DNA of 64,000 nucleotides from Eledone cirrhosa (lineage: Eukaryota). The first letter of the stretch is position 1. Each line of letters begins with the position of its first letter. Below the pieces are notes generated by a model, which had not been told where the DNA came from, searched no databases, and saw only the letters and a list, made by a program, of their open reading frames with translations. This document shows positions 55,121 through 64,000 of this stretch, in pieces. The stretch is from NCBI GenBank assembly GCA_964016885.1, contig OZ024743.1, positions 378,758,001-378,822,000 of the forward strand. Reading direction: 5' to 3'. The position numbers and the translations under genes were made by a program.

Positions 55121-58100
55121 TCTCCTACACTAGAGACAGAGAGAGAGAGTTTTACACCCCACCACTACCCCAATTTCTCCTACACTAGAGATAGAGTTTT
55201 ACACCCCCACCACTACCCCATTTTCTCCTACGCTAGAGAGAGAGAGAGTTTTACACCCCACCACTACCCCAGTTTCTCCTACACTAGAGAGAGAGTTTTA
55301 CACCCCACCACTACCCCAGTCTCTCCTACACTAGAGACAGAGAGAGAGAGTTTTACACCCCACCACTACCCCAGTTTCTCCTACATTAGAGATAGAGTTT
55401 TACACCCCACCACTACCCCAGTTCTCCTACACTAGAGAGAGAGTTTTACACCGCACCACTACCCCAGTTTCTCCTACAATAGAGAGAGAGAGAGTTTTAC
55501 ACACAACCACTACCCCAGGTTCTCCTACACTAGAAAGAAAGAGTTTTACACCCCACCACTACCCCAGTTTCTCCTACGCTAGAGAGAGAGAGAGTTTTAC
55601 AATCCACCACTGCCCCAGTTTCTCCTACACTAGAGAGACATAGAGAGTTTTACACCCCACCACTGCCGCTGTTTCTCCTACAATAGAGAGAGAGAGTTTT
55701 ACACCCCACCACTACCCCAGTTTCTCCTACACTAGAGACAGAGAGAGTTTTACACCCCACCACTACCCCAGTTTCTCCTACGCTAGTGAGAGAGTTTTAC
55801 ACCCCACCACTACCCCAGTTTCTCCTACACTAGAGAGAGAGAGAGAGTTTTACACCCCACCACTACCCAGTTTCTCCTACGCTAGAGAGAGAGTTTTACA
55901 CCCCACCACTACCCCAGTTTCTCCTACACTAGAGAGAGAGAGAGAGTTTTACACCCCACCACTACCGCAGTTTCTCCTACACTAGAGAGAGAGTTTTACA
56001 CACCACCACTGTCGCAGTTTCTCCTACATTAGAGAGAGAGAGTTTTACACCCCACCACTACCCCAGTTTCTCCTACACTAGAGAGTGAGAGAGAGTTTTA
56101 CACCCCACCACTACCCCAGTTTCTCCTACACTAGAGAGAGAGAGAGAGTTTTACACCCCACCACAACCCCAGTTTCTCCTACACTAGAGAGAGAGAGAGA
56201 GTTTTACACCCCACCACTACCCCAGTTTCTCCTACGCTAGAGAGAGAGTTTTACACCCCACCACTACCCCAGTTTCTCCTACACTAGAGAGAGAGAGAGA
56301 GTTTTACACCCCACCACTACCCCAGTTTCTCATACACTAGAGAGAGAGAGAGAGTTTTACACCCCACCACTACCCCAGTTTCTCCTACACTAGAGAGAGA
56401 GAGAGTTTTACACCCCACCACTACCCCAGTTTCTCCTACACTAGAGAGAGAGTTTTACACCCCACCACTACACAAGTTTCTCCTACACTAGAGAGAGGCA
56501 GCGTTTTACACCCCACCACTACCCTAGTTTCTCCTACACTAGAGAGAGAGAGTTTTACACCCAACCACTACCCCAGTTTCTCCTACACTAGAGAGAGAGT
56601 TTTACACACCACCACTGCCGCAGTTTCTCCTACACTAGAGAGAGAGAGTTTTACACCCCACCAGTACCCCAGTTTCTCCTACACTAGAAAGAGAGAGAGA
56701 GTTTTACACCCCACCACTACCCCAGTTTCTCCTACACTAGAGAGAGAGAGAGAGAGTTTTACACCCCACCACTACCCCAGTTTCTCCTACACTAGAGAGA
56801 GAGAGAGAGTTTTACACCCCACCACTACCCCAGTTTCTCCTACACTAGAGAGAGAGAGAGAGTTTTACACCCCACCACTACCGCAGTTTCTCCTACACTA
56901 GAGAGAGAGTTTTACACACCTCACTGCCGCAGTTTCTCCTACACTAGAGAGAGAGAGTTTTACACCCCACCACTACCCCAGTTTCTCCTACACTAGAGAG
57001 AGAGAGAGAGTTTTACACCCCACCACTACCCCAGTTTCTCCTACACTAGAGAGAGAGTTTTACACCCAACCACTACCCCAATTTCTCCTACACTAGAGAG
57101 AGAGTTTTACACCCCACCATTACCCCAGTTTCTCCTACACTAGAGAGAGAGAGAGTTTTACACCCCACCACTACCCCAGTTTCTCCTACACTAGAGAGAG
57201 AGAGAGATTTTTACACCCCACCACTACCCCAGTTTCTCCTACACTAGAGAGAGAGTTTTACACCCCACCATTACCCCAGTTTCTCCTACACTTGAGAGAG
57301 AGAGAGTTTTACACCCAACCACTACCCCAGTTTCTCCTACACTAGAGAGAGAGTTTTACACCCCACCATTACCCCAGTTTCTCCTACACTAGAGAGAGAG
57401 AGAGTTTTACACCCCACCACTACCCCAGTTTCTCCTACACTAGAGAGAGAGAGAGAGTTTTACACCCCACCACTACTCCAGTTTCTCCTACACTAGAGAG
57501 AGAGTTTTACACCCCACCACTACAGCAGTTTCTCCTACACTAGAGAGGGAGAGTTTTACAACCCACCATTACCCCAGTTTCTCCAACACTAGAGAGAGAG
57601 TTTTACACCCCACCACTACCCCAGTTTCTCCTACACTAGAGAGAGAGAGAGAGTTTTACACCCCACCACTACCCCAGTTTCTCATACACTAGAGAGAGAG
57701 AGAGAGTTTTACACTCCACCTCTACCCCAGTTTCTCCTACACTAGAGAGAGAGTTTTACACCCCACCACTACCCCAGTTTCTCATACACTAGAGAGAGAG
57801 AGAGAGTTTTACACCCCACCACTACCCCAGTTTCTCCTACACTAGAGAGAGAGTTTTACACACCACCACTACCCCAGTTTCTCCTACACTAGAGACAGAG
57901 AGAGTTTTACACCCCACCACTACCCCAGTTTCTCCTACACTAGAGAGAGAGTTTTACACCCCACCACTACCCCAGTTTCTCCTACACTAGAGAGAGAGTT
58001 TTACACCCCACCACTACCCCGGTTTCTCCTACACTAGAGACAGAGAGAGTTTTACACCCCACCACTACCCCAGTTTCTCATACACTAGAGAGAGAGAGAG

Positions 58101-61100
58101 AGTTTTACACCCCACCACTACCCCAGTTTCTCCTACACTAGAGAGAGAGTTTTACACCCCACCACTACCCCAGTTTCTCCTACACTAGAGAGAGAGAGAG
58201 AGTTTTACACCCCACCACTACCCCAGTTTCTCATACACTAGAGAGAGAGAGAGAGTTTTACACCCCACCACTACCCCAGTTTCTCATACACTAGAGAGAG
58301 AGAGAGAGTTTTACACCCCACCACTACCCCAGTTTCTCCTACACTATAGAGAGAGAGAGTTTTACACCCCACCACTACCCCAGTTTCTCCTACACTAGAG
58401 AGAGAGTTTTACACCCCACCACTACCCAAGTTTCTCCTACACTAGAGAGAGGCAGCGTTTTACACCCCACCACTACCCTAGTTTCTCCTACACTAGAGAG
58501 AGAGAGTTTTACACCCAACCACTACCCCAGTTTCTCCTACACCAGAGAGAGAGTTTTACACCCCACCACTACTCCAGTTTCTCCTACACTAGAGAGAGGC
58601 AAAGTTTTACACCCCACCACTACCCCAGTTTCTCCTAAAATATAGAGAGAGAGAGAGTTTTACACCCCACCACTCATCCAGTTTCTCCTACACTAGAGAG
58701 AGAGTTTTACACCCAACCACTACCCCAGTTTCTCCTACACTAGAGAGAGAGTGAGTTTTACACCCCACCACTACCCCAGTTTCTCCTACACTAGAGGGAG
58801 AGAGAGTTTTACACCCCACCACTACCCCAGCTTCTCCTACACTAGAGAGAGAGTGAGTTTTACACCCCACCACTACCCCAGTTTCTCCTACATTACAGAG
58901 AGAGAGAGAGTTTTACACCCCACCACTACCCCAGTTTCTCCTACACTAGAGAGAGAGTTTTGCACCCCACCACTACCCCATTTTCTCCTAAACTAGAGAG
59001 AGAGAGAGGTTTACACCCAACCACTACCCCAGTTTCTCCTACACTAGAGAGAGAGAGAGTTTTACACCCCACCACTACCCCAGTTTCTCCTACACTAGAG
59101 AGAGAGTTTTACACCCCACCACTACCCCAGTCTCTCCTACACTAGAGACAGAGAGAGAGAGTTTTACACCCCACCACTACCCCAGTTTCTCCTACACTAG
59201 AGATAGAGTTTTACACCCCACCACTACCCCATTTTCTCCTACGCTAGAGAGAGAGATAGTTTTACACCCCACCACTACCCCAGTTTCTCCTACACTAGAG
59301 AGAGAGTTTTACACCCCACCACTACCCCAGTCTCTCCTACACTAGAGACAGAGAGAGAGAGTTTTACACCCCACCACTACCCCAGTTTCTCCTACATTAG
59401 AGATAGAGTTTTACACCCCACCACTACCCCAGTTTCTCCTACACTAGAGAGGGAGTTTTACACCGCACCACTACCCCAGTTTCTCCTACACTAGAGAGAG
59501 AGAGAGTTTTACACACAACCACTACCCCAGGTTCTCCTACACTAGAGAGAGAGAGAGAGAGAGTTTTACACCCCACCACTACCGCAGTTTCTCCTACACT
59601 AGAGAGAGAGTTTTAGACACCACCACTGCCGCAGTTTCTCCTACACTAGAGAGAGAGAGTTTTACTCCCCACCACTACCCCAGTTTCTCCTACACTAGAG
59701 AGAGAGAGAGAGTTTTACACCCCACCACTACCCCAGTTTCTCCTACACTAGAGAGAGAGAGAGAGTTTTACACCCCACCACTACCCCAGTTTCTCCTACA
59801 CTAGAGAGAGAGAGAGAGTTTTACACCCCACCACTACCCCAGTTTCTCCTACACTAGAGAGAGAGAGAGAGCTTTACACCCCACCACTACCCCAGTTTCT
59901 CCTACGCTAGAGAGAGAGTTTTACACCCCACCACTACCCCAGTTTCTCCTAGACTAGAGAGAGAGAGAGAGTTTTACACCCCACCACTACCGCAGTTTCT
60001 CCTACACTAGAGAGAGAGTTTTACACACCACCACTGCCGCAGTTTCTCCTACACTAGAGAGAGAGAGTTTTACACCCCACCACTACCCCAGTTTCTCCTA
60101 CACTAGAGAGAGAGAGAGAGTTTTACACCCCACCACTACCCCAGTTTCTCCTACACTAGAGAGAGAGAGAGAGTTTTACACCCCACCACTACCCCAGTTT
60201 CTCCTACACTAGAGAGAGAGAGAGAGTTTTACACCCCACCACTACCCCAGTTTCTCCTACACTAGAGAGAGAGAGAGAGTTTTACACCCCACCACTACCC
60301 CAGTTTCTCCTACACTAGAGAGAGAGAGAGAGTTTTACACCCCACCACTACCGCAGTTTCTCCTACACTAGAGAGAGAGTTTTACACACCACCACTGCCG
60401 CAGTTTCTCCTACACTAGAGAGAGAGAGTTTTACACCCCACCACTACCCTAGTTTCTCCTACACTAGAGAGAGAGAGAGAGATTTACACCCCACCACTAC
60501 CCCAGTTTCTCCTACACTAGAGAGAGAGTTTTACACCCAACCACTACCCCAGCTTCTCCTACACTAGAGAGAGAGTTTTACACCCCACCATTACCCCAGT
60601 TTCTCCTACACTAGAGAGAGAGAGAGTTTTACACCCCACCACTACCCCAGTTTCTCCTACACTAGAGAGAGAGAGAGAGTTTTACACCCCACCACTACCC
60701 CAGTTTCTCCTACACTAGAGAGAGAGTTTTACACCCCACCATTACCCCAGTTTCTCCTACACTAGAGAGAGAGAGAGTTTTACACCCAACCACTACCCCA
60801 GTTTCGCCTACACTAGAGAGAGAGTTTTACACCCCACCATTACCCCAGTTTCTCCTACACTAGAGAGAGAGAGAGTTTTACACCCCACCACTACCCCAGT
60901 TCTCCTACACTAGAGAGAGAGAGAGAGTTTTACACCCCACCACTACCCCAGTTTCTCCTACACTAGAGAGAGAGAGAGAGTTTTACACCCCACCACTACC
61001 CCAGTTGCTCCTACACTAGAGAGAGAGAGAGAGTTTTACACCCAACCACTACCCCAGTTTCTCCTACACTAGAGAGAGAGAGAGAGTTTTACACCCAACC

Positions 61101-62209
61101 ACTACCCCAGTTTCTCCTACACTAGAGAGAGAGAGAGAGTTTTACACCCCACCACTACCCCAGTTTCTCCTACACTAGGGAGAGAGAGAGAGTTTTACAC
61201 CCCTCCACTACCCCAGTTTCTCCTACACTAGAGAGAGAGAGAGAGTTTTACACCCCACCACTACCCCAGTTTCTCCTACACTAGAGAGAGAGAGAGAATT
61301 TTACACCCCCACCCCTACCCCAGTTTCTCATACACTAGAGAGAGAGAGAGAGTTTTACACCCCACCACTACCCCAGTTTCTCCTACACTAGAGAGAGAGA
61401 GAGAGTTTTACACCCAACCACTACCCCAGTTTCTCCTACACTAGAGACAGAGAGAGTTTTACACCCCACCACTACCCCAGTTTCTCATACACTAGAGAGA
61501 GAGAGAGAGTTTTACACCCCACCACCACCCCAGTTTCTCCTACACTAGAGAGAGAGTTTTACACCCCACCACTACCCCAGTTTCTCATACACTAGAGAGA
61601 GAGAGTTTTACACCCCACCACTACCCCAGTTTCTCCTACACTAGAGAGAGAGTTTTACACACCACCACTACCCCAGTTTCTCCTACACTAGAGACAGAGA
61701 GAGTTTTACACCCCACCACTACCCCAGTTTCCCCTACACTAGTGAGAGAGTTTTACACCCCACCACTACCCCAGTTTCTCCTACACTAGAGAGAGAGTTT
61801 TACACCCCACCACTACCCCGGTTTCTCCTACACTAGAGACAGAGAGAGTTTTACACCCCACCACTACCCCAGTTTCTCATACACTAGAGAGAGAGAGAGA
61901 GTTTTACACCCCACCACTACCCCAGTTTCTCCTACACTAGAGAGAGAGTTTTACACCCCACCACTACCCCAGTTTCTCCTACACTAGAGAGAGAGAGAGA
62001 GTTTTACACCCCACCACTACCCCAGTTTCTCCTACACTAGAGAGAGAGAGAGAGTTTTACAGCCCACCACTACCCCAGTTTCTCCTACACTAGAGAGAAA
62101 GAGAGAGTTTTACACCCCACCACTAACCCAGTTTCTCCTACACTAGAGAGAGAGAGAGAGTTTTACACCCCACCACTACCGCAGTTTCTCCTACACTAGA
62201 GAGAGAGTT

Positions 62210-64000
62210 TTACACACCACCACTACCCCAGTTTCTCATACACTAGAGACAGAGAGAGTTTTACACCCCACCACTACCCCAGTTTCTCATACACTAGAGA
62301 GAGAGAGAGAGTTTTACACCCCACCACTACCCCAGTTTCTCATACACTAGAGAGAGAGAGAGAGTTTTACACCCCACCACAACCCCAGTTTCTCCTACAC
62401 TAGAGAGAGAGAGAGTTTTACACCCCACCACTACCCCAGTTTCTCCTACACTAGAGAGAGAGTTTTACACCCCACCACTACCCTAGTTTCTCCTACACTA
62501 GAGAGAGAGAGTTTTACACCCAACCACTACCCCAGTTTCTCCTACACCAGAGAGAGAGTTTTACACCCCACCACTACTCCAGTTTCTCCTACACTAGAGA
62601 GAGGCAACGTTTTACACCCCACCACTACCCCAGTTTCTCCTAAAATAGAGAGAGAGAGAGAGTTTTACACCCCACCACTACCCCAGTTTCTCCAACACTA
62701 GAGAGAGAGAGAGTTTTGCACCCCACCACTACCCCAGTTTCTCCAACACTAGAGAGAGAGAGTGTTTTACACCCCACCACTACCCCAGTTTCTCCAACAC
62801 TAGAGAGAGAGAGAGTTTTGCACCCCACCACTACCCCAGTTTCTCCAACACTAGAGAGAGAGAGAGTTTTGCACCCCACCACTACCCCAGTTTCTCCAAC
62901 ACTAGAGAGAGAGAGAGTTTTTAACCCCACCACTACCCCAGTTTCTCATACACTAGAGACAGAGAGAGTTTTACACCCCACCACTACCCCAGTTTCTCAT
63001 ACACTATAGAGAGAGAGAGAGTTTTACACCCCACCACTACCCCAGTTTCTCATACACTAGAGACAGAGAGAGTTTTACACCCCACCACTACCCCAGTTTC
63101 TCATACACTAGAGAGAGAGAGAGTTTTACACCCCACCACTACCCCAGTTTCTCATGCACTAGAGAGAGAGAGAGAGTCTTACACCCCACCACTACGCCAG
63201 TTTCTCCTACACTAGAGAGAGAGAGAGTTTTACACCCCACCACTACCCCAGTTTCTCCTACACTAGAGAGAGAGTTTTACACCCCACCACTACCCAAGTT
63301 TCTCCTACACTAGAGAGAGGCAGCGTTTTATACCCCACCACTACCCTAGTTTCTCCTACACTAGAGAGAGAGAGTTTTACACCCAACCACTACCCCAGTT
63401 TCTCCTACACCAGAGAGAGAGTTTTACACCCCACAACTACTCCAGTTTCTCCTACACTAGAGAGAGGCAACGTTTTACACCCCACCACTACCCCAGTTTC
63501 TCCTAAAATAGAGAGAGAGAGAGAGTTTTACACCCCACCACTACTCCAGTTTCTCCTACACTAGAGAGAGAGTTTTACACCCAACCACTACCCCAGTTTC
63601 TCCTACACTAGAGAGAGAGTGAGTTTTACACCCCACCACTACCCCAGTTTCTCCTACACTAGAGAGAGAGAGAGTTTTACACCCCACCACTACCCCAGCT
63701 TCTCCTACACTAGAGAGAGAGTGAGTTTTACACCCCACCACTACCCCAGTTTCTCCTACATTACAGAGAGAGAGAGAGTTTTACACCCCACCACTACCCC
63801 AGTTTCTCCTACACTAGAGAAAGAGTTTTGCACCCCACCACTACCCCATTTTCTCCTAATCTAGAGAGAGAGAGAGGTTTACACCCAACCACTACCCCAG
63901 TTTCTCCTACACTAGAGAGAGAGAGAGTATTACACACCACCACTACCCCAGTTTCTCCTACACTAGAGAGAGAGTTTTACACCCCACCACTACCCCAGTC
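62210..64000. repeat. Second copy of the 53330-55120 block, truncated by the window end
   Basis: Same ordered rare variants as 53330-55120 at offset 8,880-8,882. Confidence 0.9.

Larger units (their letters stand above)
1..64000. repeat. Composite tandem satellite array: 37-bp core TTTTACACCCCACCACTACCCCAGTTTCTCCTACACT + (AG)n, monomer mostly 47-53 bp, single orientation, running off both window ends
   Basis: The unit is directly readable in every line of the window. I saw no non-repeat interruption and no reverse-orientation (GGGGTGTAAAA) copy on the + strand. Confidence 0.99.
42370..64000. repeat. Variant domain D: mosaic of re-duplicated 1-4 kb blocks
   Basis: Markers are frequent TCATACACT, GGCAGCGTTTT, GGCAACGTTTT, CACCCAACC, CTGCCGCAG, CCTAATCTAG and CATTACAG. 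Confidence 0.8.

Noticed and set aside
28-63864. All ORFs in the supplied track (60-150 aa)
   Set aside because: They are translations of the repeat in different frames, mostly opened at GTG/TTG. They overlap on both strands, switch frame with AG tract length and end at the repeat's own stop codons. No domain or gene context supports them.
1-64000. CRISPR-like array (37-bp constant repeat with a variable intervening segment)
   Set aside because: The intervening segments are only 6-20 bp of (AG)n, not unique spacers. There is no leader or cas gene.
1-64000. Phase-variation or programmed-frameshift system based on AG tracts
   Set aside because: There is no promoter, no unique coding region and no long frame to be switched. 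Length variation is explained by ordinary satellite evolution.
1-64000. Pure sequencing artefact (rolling-circle or concatemer read of one unit)
   Set aside because: Variants are heritable across kb-scale blocks with hierarchical structure, which random read errors would not produce. Exact HOR copy numbers could still be mis-assembled.
1-64000. Transposon, tRNA/rRNA, terminator or promoter elements
   Set aside because: I saw no terminal repeats, target-site duplications, structured RNA signatures or non-repeat sequence. The small hairpin followed by AG and T4 is too weak to call a terminator.

Overview
The whole 64 kb window is one uninterrupted, head-to-tail, single-orientation tandem repeat (satellite/minisatellite) array. 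I see no unique sequence, credible gene, RNA gene, transposon or CRISPR array. The monomer is a 37-bp C-rich core, TTTTACACCCCACCACTACCCCAGTTTCTCCTACACT, followed by an (AG)n microsatellite. n is mostly 5-8 (range seen about 3-10), giving units of usually 47-53 bp; my rough estimate is about 1,250-1,300 copies. All listed ORFs are translations of this repeat: n=7 gives a 51-bp, 17-codon unit that stays in frame. Diagnostic point variants divide the array into domains A (~1-13.4 kb), B (~13.4-18 kb), C (~18-42.4 kb) and D (~42.4-64 kb). Nested duplications or higher-order repeats occur at offsets of 147 bp, 1,644 bp, ~2,970 bp, ~5,539 bp, ~6,416 bp and ~8,880 bp. The pattern is typical of a eukaryotic heterochromatic, subtelomeric or centromeric satellite, but the organism and locus cannot be determined from the sequence alone. 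I found no evidence for a new gene system. The observations of interest concern array architecture and possible structural or chromatin roles, and domain and copy boundaries are approximate, read by eye.
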